Source: Eledone cirrhosa (lineage: Eukaryota). From it: a stretch of 64,000 nucleotides of DNA. The position numbers and the translations under genes were made by a program. Below, one piece after another: positions 13,807 to 28,195 of the stretch; position 1 is the first letter of the stretch; every line of letters begins with the position of its first letter. Below the pieces are notes generated by a model that saw only the letters and a list, made by a program, of their open reading frames with translations, did not search any database and was not told the origin of the DNA. The DNA is taken from contig OZ024749.1 in assembly GCA_964016885.1 (NCBI GenBank), forward strand, positions 47,802,001 through 47,866,000. The letters run 5' to 3'.

Positions 13807-13971
13807 TCAAAAATAGATACCTTATAATATGATTAATCTTCCCTGTATATATGCCATTAAAGAAATATATTTCACCAATTAATCGAATGGTAAACCATGG
13901 AGACCGGTACATGGATGTCCAACAAGGAAGAAGTCCAGCGATCTATGTTTACACTTCAAGTTCAAATGACT

Positions 13972-14028
<57 letters not shown>

Positions 14029-14445
14029 GGGAACGAGGAGGAACCCGACGGCTGAGCTGAAGCCGTTTCGACGGCTAATTCTGGACTAAAAAATATATAT
14101 ATGAATATATATATATATGAATATGTCATTTATTTTGTCTGGCCTGTTTAGCTTGACTTGTTTTGGGGGCTTAGGTGGTTTATGGCTTCGTGACCGCGTT
14201 CTTAGTTTGTATGGCCTTTATAACCTATGGTTATTGCTCTGGTCTTGTTTATCCCATGGAGGGCTTGCCAGCATGACACGGAAATTGCGTTACGTTTCGA
14301 TTTTTCTACCCGCCGAAATGCGATTCTCGCAGAATTTTATATATATATATATCAGAGAGAGAGGGGGGGGATAGTGGTATATAAATATGTGTGTGTGTGT
14401 GGGGGGGGGGGGTATTTTGTGTGTATGTGTGTGTGTGTATATTAT

Positions 14446-14495
<50 letters not shown>

Positions 14496-14513
14496 ATGTA
14501 TATATGTATATAT

Positions 14514-14590
<77 letters not shown>

Positions 14591-15683
14591 CGAGAGCGAG
14601 AGAGAGAGGGAGAGATAGAGAGAGAGAGGGATAGACAGAGAGAGAGGGGGAGCAGTGGTATATAAATATATGTGCGGGGTTTGTGTGTATGTGTGTATGT
14701 GTGTATATTATTTCTGTATGTTAACAGTTTGATGAGGAATCGATCGCTTATATATATTTAGATTCAGTGAACAAATAGTATTCTGCGTCCCTGAAAAATA
14801 TTGATATGTATTCAGATGTTTGTTTTGAACAAGTGTTTTACTCCAAATATAATTACATTCATGATCCTTTAGCAGATTATCCTTAATAATCATAACTTTT
14901 GCAGTATTCCTATAGAAAAGGGGCGCATATTTTCATACGTACGCAACGCATCGGATAACATAGATAACTGCTAACAATATAAAATCCAAAATTCGTCAGA
15001 ATTATTTTGCCTGAATATTTAGAAATGCTATTGTATCGATTCGATTAGTTGAGATTGCTAAATTGATTTTTTCGCCCGTTGTTGAAGGCAACATTTTATT
15101 CCGATAGAAAAAATATCACATGCACACAAGCTACAACATGATATGTCTTTGTTGCTTTATCTATATCCAATATGTTTTTTTTTCGTAAAGAATCCTTTGT
15201 TGATGTGATATGGAAACACACGAAATTATATAATAACAAATTGAAATTGAAACATAGATCCATAGTGAACTTATTAATTAAATTCATTGATCCTTACACT
15301 AAATGTATGCATTTCATATATTGAATTAACCATATAATGCATATCATTTTCTTGTATTCTTAGTTTCATAAGAATTTGGGAAGAAGTATATGATTTATGT
15401 ATATATACATACGTATATAATACAATATATTTTATATATATATATATAGGTGTGTGTATAGATAAGATATGTAATATATATGTAAACCAAACAGAGTGGA
15501 ATGTATAATGGGTAGAACATTGCTACAAACATATTAAGCAGATGTGATTTAACATTAAGCCAAGAACCTTCTTTCATGCAGATAAAATGTTATCTTTAAA
15601 TTCCTGCAAATATTATGTCATTGCTATTCATATAGACCTCCCCAGCTCAACCCCTCCTTTATCTCTCTCTCCTCTCTCTCTCA

Positions 15684-15748
<65 letters not shown>

Positions 15749-15788
15749 TACATACATCTACGGGTGTATGTGGTTTTATATATATTAC

Positions 15789-15830
<42 letters not shown>

Positions 15831-15888
15831 TTAGGCTGTAGAGTTGGTGTGCAGCAAATGGCAGTGTCCATTTCGATAGCTTATCATC

Positions 15889-16065
15889 ATAATTGTTTCT
15901 ACTTTTGGCACATGGCCAGTAAATACCCAGTGTATTACTGGTACTTTATTTTATCGACCCCGTAAGGATGAAAGGTAACCTCGGCGGGATTTGAACTCAG
16001 TATGGCAAGGTCCGTAACTCCATGCGTCAAATCATGGTTTCCGACCCTCTACTGTCAATCCACCG
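15889..16065 (-). mobile_element. Meta/MESC-type tRNA SINE with TSD
   Basis: Homologous to 11451-11639; direct repeat gatagcttatcatcataat at 15875-15893 and 16069-16087. Confidence 0.88.
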
Positions 16066-16999
16066 GCTGATAGCTTATCATCATAATGTACTGACATTGC
16101 AAGGGGATTGGTTGCTTCAGTGGAAATCAAGTTATGCCCTGTATTTGTATGAAATCTAATGTTGAAATAAGAAATTAAATTGATGAACTGGAATCCTACG
16201 TGACAGGATATATTGTATTGAAAATAAAACTCCTGATTAGAAATAAACTCCGGATGGTTTCTCTGCCTTGGGGCGTATACAACGTGATCTCAGCCTATCT
16301 AATTTAGGACATCGTAAAAGCACCATTTTTTACAATCAAGTAGTTTCCGTTGGTGTTGCTTAGAGGTGCTGTTTAAGCGGCACAGTTTGGGTACCAATTA
16401 TGTGTATCGGTCAAGCGACATGGAAAAGGAAGTCGACAGATGTGCGTTGGGAGTCGTTACTTTAGCAACCATTACATAGTTCTGGGGATTAAAGTAGGGA
16501 GCTTATGAAGAGACGTTATGTACAAAATTGATTGAAACACGAGGCCAACTAGAAATATCTGATTAAAAAGAGGTCAACAGTTGTGTTACAATTCCACTTA
16601 TATACATGATGATTTATCAAACTCTGTTGGGACACCAGAATAAGAATGCATGCTGTAAGACACGAAACTCAGAGTGACTCTACAATGCAATATCTTGCGG
16701 TATAGTACTTTGACGATCGCTCAGTAAACATCGCTGTCTGTGGGATCGGAGAATGTACGTACTCAGCAAGATGCGCTTTTTCATTGAATGCAAGAAATGT
16801 CAATCAACAGCAAATTTGAATCTGCTAGTATTACTGACATTATATCACATTTCTGTATTATATTTGTTAACGTGACCCCATCAACATTCTCGAACACATA
16901 TCGATTCGGTTGCTTTTTGCTCTTAATAGTGTGTACGTCTATACGGATAGAACGAACTACTAACTAAAGCTTGACACACCAAGGCATTATAGAAATGGA

Positions 17000-17341
17000 T
17001 ATATACATACATATGTGTATACAGACGTACAGTAGTATGTATATATATATACATACATGCACACCTATATATATGTACGTATGAATTCACCGAACATTTA
17101 TTATAATGCTCGGTGTGTTTGTAAACAAACATCTCGTATTAAGCCGTAGTGTCCAGCAACCATCGATGCTCGTTTGTTCAACACTGGCAAAGGAACGCTG
17201 TACTAGTTTCAAGCTTATTAGCTATCATATGTATACGTCTGTATACGTCTGTATACATATATGTATGTACGTGTACATACTTATATTTAAGTAACTGCCG
17301 TACTAAGAGTGGGAAATGAAATTTCGTTTCATTTTTTTCCG

Positions 17342-17342
<1 letters not shown>
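17000..17342. mobile_element. Fragments of the pLTR-like family at 51430-52392
   Basis: accgaacatttattataat...tttgttcaacactggcaaaggaacg...tttcaagcttattagctatc is shared with 51580-51722; gccgtactaagagt is shared with ~52347-52360. Confidence 0.7.
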
Positions 17343-17385
<43 letters not shown>

Positions 17386-17391
17386 GAGAGG

Positions 17392-17457
<66 letters not shown>

Positions 17458-18171
17458 ATAATTGAATAATTGAGTTATTTTTAAGGGTATGTGTGTATGA
17501 GTTTGTGAATGCGTTTGTGTGCGTAAAGAGGAGAATTGTTGTAATGCCTTTCAAATGCGTAATTAGTTCTATTCCAGTTGATATTCTCGAAATAGATAGT
17601 GGGTGAAATGATTTAAAACGTTAAAAGGAAAGGAAAAGTGGATGAATAGTATAGAAACGGTTAGTTTTACAACAGAGAAGAGTATAGTCTGAGAAGCAAA
17701 ATACTAAAGAATGAAATAGGGGATTTTCTCAAGACAAAGAAAATAGGATGAAATAGAGAAAATACGATAGAGAGAAGGAATCAGACATAGCATTTTAGAA
17801 GGAATCTGAGTTATTGCATCACTCCCTAAAGTATATCGATTATTCCCTGCTCTATAACCTTATTCGGTTCTGTCGCAAGGAGCATGAAGAAATATTACGT
17901 TACATTTCGTTATCGACATTAATAGTTCCATAGTAAATTTTCAATTTAGAAATACCCATATAAGACAATAATACACATACTACTTAGAAGAAAAAATATA
18001 CAATTCCAATTAGTTTAACATAGCTATAAGCAATTTGAAATAGTGTTATAATTTATATTTGTTCTATTTGAAATATAGATGAAACAATCCATATAGTAGT
18101 ATGGAAATCCTAGTATGGAGCAACTACCGCTATACTCTTCTGTTTAATTTGTCGTATTGCAGAGGTAGGCA

Positions 18172-18240
<69 letters not shown>

Positions 18241-18324
18241 AAGTTATATTTAAAATTGTTGGGTTACAACTAGTAAATATTTATAACTGATATAAAAGCA
18301 CTCGACAAATACTTGGAGTATATT

Positions 18325-18679
18325 TACAATATTAAATAAATGGAAAACTATATTTATAAAACCATATTTATTTCATTATATATATTTCGGGGATATCATA
18401 TTAACAATATGCTATGCCTTCATCAGACAAAATACAATATAAACAGTTTTATAGATAAATATATTCGACATACCGTAATAAACATCAACTTCATTTGAAG
18501 AGTAAACCTCTTCAAATGAAGTTGATGTTTATTACGGTATGTCGAATATATTTATCTATAAAACTGTTTATATTGTATTTTGTCTGATGAAGGCATAGCA
18601 TATTGTTAATATGATATCCCCGAAATATATATAATGAAATAAATATGGTTTTATAAATATAGTTTTCCATTTATTTAAT

Positions 18680-18685
<6 letters not shown>
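18325..18685. mobile_element. Perfect 178-bp fold-back of a hammerhead pLTR-like element (loop taaac 18503-18507)
   Basis: Arms 18325-18502 and 18508-18685 are reverse complements; I saw no mismatch. Confidence 0.92.
18567..18648 (+). ncRNA. Type I minimal hammerhead ribozyme (mirror copy at 18362-18443, minus strand)
   Basis: ttatattgtattttgt-CTGATGA(18584-18590)-aggcatagcatatt-gtt-aatatgatatcccc-GAAA(18622-18625)-tatata-ta-atgaaataaatatgg. Confidence 0.75.
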
Positions 18686-18733
<48 letters not shown>

Positions 18734-18839
18734 TATCTCAAACATGTATTAGTCTATTAATATATCAAACAATTCGGACGATATCTCATGCCATGTGTGC
18801 TTATATTTATATACAATTCTTTTTCTTCTTCTTCTTATA

Positions 18840-18887
<48 letters not shown>

Positions 18888-19137
18888 TGAGTCTCAGTCA
18901 GTGATGTTAGTTAACTGGAAAGTTTGTTGAAATGAATATCAAGCCACTACCTGCAGCCTCAGATATTCAGGACGTATCGGAGGGTTCTTGCTGTTCCCAC
19001 CAAGCATGCCTTTTGAAGCGTTCCAAAAAGCGTGAAGGGGCCAATTTTCTTTAACCATCCCTGGAAACTTTTTGAAATAGTACCTAGTGCGCCTATGACA
19101 ATCGGGACCACATTGACTTCATGGCAGTTCCAAATCC
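18888..19137 (-). mobile_element. 5'-truncated Dong/R4-like non-LTR retrotransposon 3' end (restriction-like endonuclease C-terminus) inserted in (TAA)n
   Basis: W..EVNVVPIVIGALGTISKSFQGWLKKIG...LQKACLVGTARTLRYVL is the typical REL-clade C-terminal motif; flanked on both sides by (TTA)n. Confidence 0.85.
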
Positions 19138-19201
<64 letters not shown>

Positions 19202-22200
19202 GTATATTATCAAATCATCTTTCTACTGGTTTATATGAAGGTCTACTACCTGGTAGTTTCCACTTTAAAATATTCATCGATTATTTCTATGGACCGAGTA
19301 ACGTTGTAGTGAAACATGGCGTCTACCTGAAACGACTTTCTTGTCTGAGAGCTACGATCCCCATCTTGTAAGATTACGCCAAAGACGTATATATTCGTGG
19401 TTGCATTATTTTGCTTAGAACATAAAATAATTTATCATAGGTAATGGTATGCAGGATCACTGATTTGAAGGTAGGTTGCTTGCTTATTACATATATCTTT
19501 TTTCTGATGAAGGAGTGCTGTACCTAGCATATTTCTCTACCAGATCCAACAATGTTTGCATTTATTTCAGCCTCCTGTCTTGCAACACTCGCGGAAACAG
19601 CCGCGAGATACATGGAGAAAGCAATGCGTAGGTTTTCTTGAGAGTGCGAAGGTTTTATGATTCACAGGCCTGACTTTAATTGATTATATTATCAAACGCT
19701 CATTATAACTAGATAACTATGTGGAGAGAGTTTTCTGAGAGCTAACAGTTGTCCACTTTGTTCCATCTTATCTAGTAGCCTACCGTATCTTTTTCTGGTG
19801 CTGTTTATACATACGGCAGGAGACTATTAACGGCACAACTGATCATTGTATTTGGCGACCGGTCCTCTAGCACAACAATCTTATTGATAATATATACATG
19901 ACATATATTTACATATATCATCCAAAGGATATATTATTTGAGTTTTACCCACTCTATTTGAGATTTACAGAAGCACTTTTTTTTTCTTTTTCTGTCTTGC
20001 TATTTCAGATTGTCTTTTTCAACTGTATCCATGGAATTCAATTCAAACATATATAACGACATTTAATAATGTATCAATATAAGTTTACGTGAATTATTTC
20101 ACATGTATTTTTGCAAAAGCCGTTACGTATCGCCCAAATAAATTAAATCTAAAGTAAATAGTTTGCTTGACGCCATATTCGTTACATTTATAAAATGTTT
20201 GCCAACCTGTTTGAAGTTTTCAATCAACATTTTTTCATTCAATTCCAATTTCCTTATCTCCTATACAAATGTCTGTTTACATCATATATCATGTATATTT
20301 GTTTCGAAGGGAATATAGCAAACATATTGAGTAGATGATTGATGAAAAAATGTATACAAAATGTTTAATTATCTAAACGTGTTATCTCTTTCAAGGCGCC
20401 GTGTAATGATTTTAAAAATAAACAAGTGATCGAGTAAAACTGTAAGAGACATTCTTTATGTTCCTAATAGAGATTTATGCGATTGGAAAATTCATTTATG
20501 GCATATTCCTTACACCAGATGTCGGTAAATATATTTTAGCAACATCTTAAACGTGTTATTTCCTAATTTCGTACATGGTTTCATTAAAAAGATTCCTATT
20601 ACTTTGAATATATATTCAAATGCACCGAGAAAGCAGTTGAATTTAAATATTAAAATGTTTATCTTCAGGGTTATAAGTACCATTAGAAAGATAAATATGA
20701 ATATATGTTATTAATGAAAAGGCGTCAGAATATCTACAATTTAAGAGAAATGACCATCTATGAATATTTGGAAATTTCAAATTCACCCTGTTATGTGAGA
20801 TAATTGTAATCATCAAGTAACGATGATACTGTGATGTTACACTTCACATTATTCAAGATGGAATAAGATACATCAATGACCATTGAAATGAAATACCATA
20901 TATAGCTTTTATTAATGTTGTATCATTACAATATATTGCTACAATTTAGATGGATTAGTGACATTCAGGTAATGCAAGTTACATTGCATTTCAGAAACTT
21001 TCAGATTTCAGTTTAGATTTGAAAGGTATATGAGATGATGCAAAATACGTTTTGTTTTCTGAACTTGAGATCTTATCCAGTTCTAGTAGCTTCGAGACAT
21101 TATCACAACAGAAAATATGATGTCTTAAATAAAATTTATATTCGTTCGGTTAAACGTTTATACTCGTCGGTGAAATATATACCAGTGGCAACACTATGGT
21201 ATATACTTGTTATACAAAGGTAATCATTATTTGTATTGACCGATAAAACTAGAAGATATCAGCTTCGGCACATGCACCCCAACACTATGTCATTTTACTC
21301 TTAACGCTTATACTTGTTTTTGTCGAGTGATATTTTGGGAAGCCTAAACGAGGTGTTGAAAAGTCTGCTTTAACGCTACTTTCAACACTCTAATTGATTT
21401 CACTTTCTGGAACAAGAAGAGCAAATTTGAGATAAAGGGCAACATTGATTGAATAACGCTATTACTTGTTACTTTCTATATTTTATGGAAACATGAACGG
21501 CGAAAGATAAAAATGATATTTGCATAATTTGAACTGAGAATGTAAAGTGCCACTACATATAACGCTGTCACAATATCTGACTATTGAACATTTCGGCCAT
21601 CGACCAGGGACTTATAATCTAATATCAAATTGAAATGTTCCGATTATATAAAAAAAATATTCAGCACAAATACACCAGTGTTTGTATATGATGTCAATAT
21701 ATTTGTCTCTGAGATTACTATTGTTATTTTCGAGACTGTATCGAGATATCTTTTACAGAATAGAAATTGGACACTTTACACATGCTCATTTATTTGATAA
21801 ATGACATCATGCACCAAGGGATTCTTTGATAATATCCTCTTGTGTTACCACCTTTCTTTTATATCGACAATATATAATTGAATTCTTTAGATATCATATA
21901 TTTGATTTGAACAAAACAATCGCTAGTGACATTGTACATATTCTAATTACAATAGAATTATCAGTGACACTCTTTCAAATTTTACCGAGTTGCCTCACTT
22001 GTGTTTCTATTTATATTAATTCTGGTGATATGGATTTCATGATTTGGTCACATCAGGTGCAAAGTCATACGCTTTTATACGTGTAGTCAAGTAAATAGAA
22101 TCTTAGTGGAAGAGAGATGGTGATAACTATACTGAATTTACTGTTAGACCTGATCGTTATAGACTGCACCGTTGTTTAAGAGGTGGTCAATTAAGCAGCA

Positions 22201-22766
22201 TCCAAAATTAGATATAGCTCCATCCCTTTCTCCCATTACAATGAAATGTAATCGGAAAACAAAAGCTCCCAAGCAGACACAAGGATCAGCATTAAGAGTA
22301 GATTTTCATTACCCAACGTATTAATATAATCAGTCTTATATTTATCTGATACCATGAAGATATCAATGGTCCATACTTCCCTTCTAAATTCGTTGTTTCC
22401 TAGGTCTCTACGTAATACGCATTGAGATTATCTGCGTAAACAGTCAAATAACTATCTTACTGCTGCAATATACAAACTAAAACATCAAGTGCATCTCAGT
22501 TATCATGGATATATTATTTAATATGCATGTTTCAGAAGCATTTTGATATATAAGGGTTACTACATTACCGATAGATGAGTAGGAAATCATAAAATCTGTG
22601 AATGATATCAACCATGGTGAGAAGCGTCGGCCGACCGACATATTGCTGTACACAGATTGGGGCACTTTATACTTTTCGGTTTATCCTCTAAGATACAAAT
22701 CTCAGTGTCTATCATATATATATATGTATATATATATATATAATATATATATACATATATATATAC

Positions 22767-22825
<59 letters not shown>

Positions 22826-22847
22826 CACATATATATATATATATATA

Positions 22848-23291
22848 TAAAATAAAGTTAAATAAAAGTCAAATGATTAAAATTTAGCTTCGTTTATTAC
22901 TGCTATATATATTTCAGTGACAGCCATCTTTGGCTGTGACCTCTTCAGGCAGTTTGAATTAGTATGGTATAGACAAGTACATATGTTGTTTAGGTGTATG
23001 ATATTGTCAATACTCTGATGTGCCCAGTTCCTTGTTGGGTTGTTAATTCACTGGGGAACTGGAGTCAGATATGACTCCAGTTCCCCAGTGAATTAACAAC
23101 CCAACAAGGAACTGGGCATATCAGAGTATTGACAATATCATACACCTAAACAACATATGTACTTGTCTATACCATACTAATTCAAACTGCCTGAAGAGGT
23201 CACAGCCAAAGATGGCTGTCACTGAAATATATATAGCAGTAATAAACTAAGCTAAATTTTAATCATTTGACTTTTATTTAACTTTATTTTA
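22848..23291. mobile_element. 220-bp-arm fold-back of a hammerhead pLTR-like element (loop gata 23068-23071)
   Basis: Arms 22848-23067 and 23072-23291 with about 2 mismatches; longer diverged copy at 31680-31900. Confidence 0.9.
23186..23240 (+). ncRNA. Type I minimal hammerhead ribozyme (mirror copy at 22899-22953, minus strand)
   Basis: actgc-CTGAAGA-ggtcacagcca-aaga-tggctgtcact-GAAA-tatata-ta-gcagt. Confidence 0.82.
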
Positions 23292-23381
23292 CACTACTCC
23301 GGAGTAACCAAACCAACCTGCGCACTTCGTCGAGTGCTCCAGCCTGCATACTGAGGTGTTGGTATACAACCAACATAAACT

Positions 23382-23419
<38 letters not shown>

Positions 23420-23428
23420 AATATATAA

Positions 23429-23483
<55 letters not shown>

Positions 23484-23569
23484 ATAATAATAAATTTGAA
23501 GACTACAATCCAAAGAGGGCTCGATAAGGATAAATATATATCAAATATATAAGAAGCGTAGAGCGAAGA

Positions 23570-23937
23570 AATTGAAAGATGGTTAAAAAAGTTCCATATA
23601 TTTTATTATGCGCATTTCGAAAACAACATCATCCTGGTACACAAATTGTGTTCTCATCATATAAAATAAGGTAATATGATATGAGGCCTAAAAACACTTG
23701 TAAACAATAAAGAGTCCAGTCTACATATGACAAACATAAGAGAAGAGAAAAAATAGGAAAAATGAAAAAAAGGAAAGAAGAAGGAAAGAGGAAAAAAAAT
23801 GCGCATAATAAAATATATGGAACTTTTTTAACAATCTTTTAATTTCTTCTGTATATATACTACAATTTTACCAACTGTTGAGTGCTACTTATCTGATATA
23901 TGCATAGTTTTATTTTTCTACAATATTACTCACCTCC

Positions 23938-23942
<5 letters not shown>
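23570..23942. mobile_element. Diverged head-to-head copy of the 8.1-8.5 kb family; degenerate hammerhead 23599-23668 (-)
   Basis: Minus strand: tattttat-ATGATGA-gaacacaa...ttgttttc-GAAA-tgcgca-ta-ataaaata (C3>A). Plus-strand partner starts at aaatgcgcataataaaata, ~23797. Confidence 0.7.
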
Positions 23943-23981
<39 letters not shown>

Positions 23982-24451
23982 TATGCATAAACAATGTTTA
24001 TCTCATCAGCAGATCGGAATGCGATAACTAGTAAGGTAAACCATAAATTTCAACGAAGCCATGATTTGTAAAAGCTACAATGGAAGAAATTCTAGCATTT
24101 ATCACTTCATAGGTATGACTAAAGACATTATCTTATCGGTTAAGTGTAGCTCTAACCTATGCAGAAGATGCTAATTCTCTCGCATGATATAGATTCATTG
24201 TCGTGTAATCAAGATTTATATGAGCATTTAAAGGCTGCAATACAAAAGTTTAATCAGATAATCGAGTATTTCATCTATCTGGAATATTCATTATTCACAT
24301 AAATAGAAGTGCGTATGCTACTCACCCGTGAAATTTCCTATCATTGTTTCAAAATCTGTGAAATTTGTGACAATATACTGGGATATACATGTACAAGCAA
24401 TTTACTATAAATAGAATACGCAATTACATATCTGAATATATATATATGTGT

Positions 24452-24510
24452 GCGTAGGTATGGCTGTGTGGTTACTGATATGCTTTGTTATCATGTGCTT
24501 CTGGTTTCAA
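24452..24510 (+). mobile_element. Degenerate tRNA-like SINE head
   Basis: gcgtaggtatggctgtgtggtta...catgtgcttctggtttcaa resembles an A/B-box SINE head. Confidence 0.35.
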
Positions 24511-24774
24511 AGAGACAGTTTAACTTATTGATGGTGATATTATAAAGGGGTCTACAAATGTATGCATATAGTGAATGTACACATTACACATGCACACACA
24601 TGGATATATTTCTATTTTCTATTTTCTGTTTGTGTTTGACGTAATACTGTTGTTTTCTGGGACAAATTCTGCATGTAGGACCTGATAAAATCCCTTTAGT
24701 TTTGAATCATGAACTGTCGATAAAGCTGGGCCATCGAAATAGTTTTAAAAATGGGTATAAAAATAATTATTATT

Positions 24775-24912
24775 TACTGAATATACATATCTAAGTCAAT
24801 ATAATAGTTTCTATTTATTGTGTACCTTTTTTTAAAAACAGTTTATGTATATTTAAAGAAGATATACAATAAATAGAAACTATTATATTGACTTAGATAT
24901 GTATATTCAGTA
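24775..24912. repeat. ~60-bp-arm inverted repeat
   Basis: tactgaatatacatatctaagtcaatataatagtttctatttattgt... / ...acaataaatagaaactattatattgacttagatatgtatattcagta. Confidence 0.85.
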
Positions 24913-27043
24913 GATACAATCGCATAGAAGGTCGTAAATATTTAATAGTATTTATTGCACGGTCATCTAAAAATCTAGCTTTCAAATTCCATACTTGAAA
25001 CCGAAGTGACATTCTCTTTACAAATAAATATTAAGTGTTTTAATGAATAAAGGAAGAACAAACGAGATATTAATATCATACATATACATTGAGCATAACT
25101 AGGTATGATGTAATCCTACTTTTTTCTATATAATTACTTCCCTTTATGCAAGCCACAGATCATGATGTATATATGTTATTTCAATCGTTCTCATAGTGGG
25201 TGCTTTCGTTTTCTTTGTTCCATTATTATTTCACGAATTTAAATTGCATCCTTACATGAGCTTTAAAATAAAAGCATGCCCAGTGCGTCTTCTTCACAAT
25301 AGTTTATTTTAAATATTTTCCTTTCCATTAGATTACATTGAAGGCGCTTCAGGGAATTAGACTTAAACGCCAATTAGTTTTTGTAATGATATTCTTTTTT
25401 CCCTTTATTCAACATCCATGCAACATGAGAATTAAAAACATGTTTTCTCCTTTGAATACAAGTTGTATTTTAAATAACAATTGTTTTCCCCTGGTAATGC
25501 ATAGCAGCATTATATTTACACTGATATTTTATTTATTTTTTTGTTTGCCTGCTATTAAGAGTCTTAGAGTAAATACAGTTTCTGCGTTGTTTAGGTTTCT
25601 AATTTCAGTAAACGTTTAAAATATATAACTGCATCTACAGGGACATTGTTTAATTCACGAAATTGATAGGATGCAGTTGTGTATGTGGTAATATTCTAGG
25701 CTTGTTAGAATCACTTGTATACATTCTACATGACAACTACGGACATGTTTAAAAGTAAAACACGAAATTATTCTACTACTTCCAAAAGTTAATTTCTCAT
25801 TAATGAAACTGGTTAGAGACTCTGTCGTTGCTCATACGCCTACGAAAAGTATGTATTTAACTGATTATATACAAATAACGGAATGTTGAAACAGAAATAC
25901 AGCATAACAAACGTCATATAAAATATAAATTTACTTAATAGATAAATAAAACTAAATGCAAAGATAATCCTATAACATTATGTTAGACAGAAAAAACAAT
26001 AGTTATTTAAAATCCCTGACGTTTTCATTAGAAAATTATGTATTATTAAAACTGCAGCCGCAAAATTTAAAGAAAAGAAAATGGTGAAGAACAAAAACGA
26101 CCGAAATCGCCGAACTTACTAAAATTAATTAGCATTTAAGTACAATACCCTGGAGTGTCTTTAATATATTCTAATGGAATGGATTGATATTTATAATACA
26201 TTATTTTGCATAACACATATTGAGTTTAGATTTGTTTTAATCATTTTGTAATAACAATGCTAAAGTAATGTATGGAGTATCAATGAATAACATTGAATAA
26301 TCCTCTGCGTTGTTCCAGGGCATGCAAGCTAAAGATAACAGCCAAACATTCCTCACATCACCACTCGCTCTTAACTAAGGAAATAAGGATGTAGAAAAAT
26401 AAAGGTTCCATGATACGAAACAAAAACTGTTGTGATTGCAATCGTATTATATGACGGAACGGTCAACATTAATCTGTAACTAACAAGACCAAGTGTTTCA
26501 GATTGAGAATAGCTGCGGCTATCAATGGTGTGGAATTTATACGGAAATTATAGTGTTAATGTGTAATGATTATCGAACACATAGCTAGTTGTTGCTGCAT
26601 GGGGTCATACGTGTAAATCAATACCATTTATAATGCACGTATTCCTACCGTTATAAATATGTGAGCATCCTTTTTCGTGAGTCCTGAATGAGCTAACATC
26701 TGATGAAAGCAAGCACTTGTATTTCTGCAGGCTCTAGTTCATGTATAATATATATATATATATATATATATTATACATGAGTGGGTGTATGTATGTGTGT
26801 TTATTTGTGTGTGTGGGGGGGGGGATGCTGGGTTAAATTATAGGTAACTACTGTAAGTAAGGTGCTCAATAAATTCATACAGTATATAAGACAAAATATA
26901 ATATAGAAATGTGTTCTACGGGACTAGAACTGTTTCGTTCCCAAGAAACACTAGCTATGTTAACGTGTGTTACATGTGTATGTATGTATGTATATATATA
27001 TATATATACGATATTAACAAATGGAAACTATATTTATAAAACC

Positions 27044-27119
27044 ATATTTATTTTATTATAAATATTTCAAGGACACCAAGTTAAATTATGGTGTGCTTTC
27101 ATCAGACAAAATATAATAT
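27044..27119 (-). ncRNA. Type I hammerhead ribozyme, diverged relative of the 18.5 kb family
   Basis: Minus strand: atattatattttgt-CTGATGA-aagcacacca-loop-tggtgtcctt-GAAA-tattta-ta-ataaaataaatat. Stem II sequence is replaced but still paired. Inverted partner fragment at ~27991-28055. Confidence 0.75.
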
Positions 27120-27193
27120 AGATCAGTTTTATAAAAAAATATTGGCATACCCTTAACAAATGCAACCGGGAGCTTCCAACAGTAATATATATG

Positions 27194-27249
<56 letters not shown>

Positions 27250-27357
27250 CATACACATGTAAAAAACAGTAATATATATGTATGTATATATATATATATA
27301 CATACATACACATGTAAAAATATTTGCTTGTTGTATCCCAACAATTTAAATATAACA

Positions 27358-27502
<145 letters not shown>

Positions 27503-28141
27503 TAGATCGATAGATGTTATATGTGCATATATATATATATATATTCGAATCAATTCTTAAGAATATAAGGATTATACTATTATTATATTCGTACATTCGA
27601 TTAAGTTACCTGTTATCATTAATATACAACGCTCGTCGACCCACTAGTTATTAACTCTGATTCGATGCTTTTTCCCATAGGAATACTATTGAGATTTCTA
27701 AACCTGTTTATTAATGTATTATTCGCTTTCATTTATTTCGTCAGAAAAAGAGAGCTTCATCTAAATATCAGACGTAAACATTCTTATGTCTCATTTACTA
27801 TGTTTATTTAATAGTGTTCACTGATATCATTGCCCTCTCTCTGTTTCGAGTATTTCCTTTGTATTAATACGGACGCAGGTGCAGTATTATTGAATGATGT
27901 ACTTTCATATATTGTTCATTCCTAATAAGTGACAGTGGTCAAATTTATAGAAACCTTACACACACTGGCAAAGACACAGACACACATATATGAAATATGT
28001 ATAATGAAATAAATATGGTTTTATAAATATAATTTCCATTTATTAATATCGTATATATATATATATATATATTAAAATAACAGATTAAAGTTTAAGCAAA
28101 GAATCGCTGCTTTGGATTTTAGTCTTCAAATTTATTATTAT

Positions 28142-28191
<50 letters not shown>

Positions 28192-28195
<4 letters not shown>

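Noticed and set aside
19504-19545. ctgatga followed by a short hairpin
   Set aside because: No GAAA or stem III downstream.
24684-24745. ctgataa...cgaaatag as a decayed hammerhead
   Set aside because: Core mutated and stems too weak to support.
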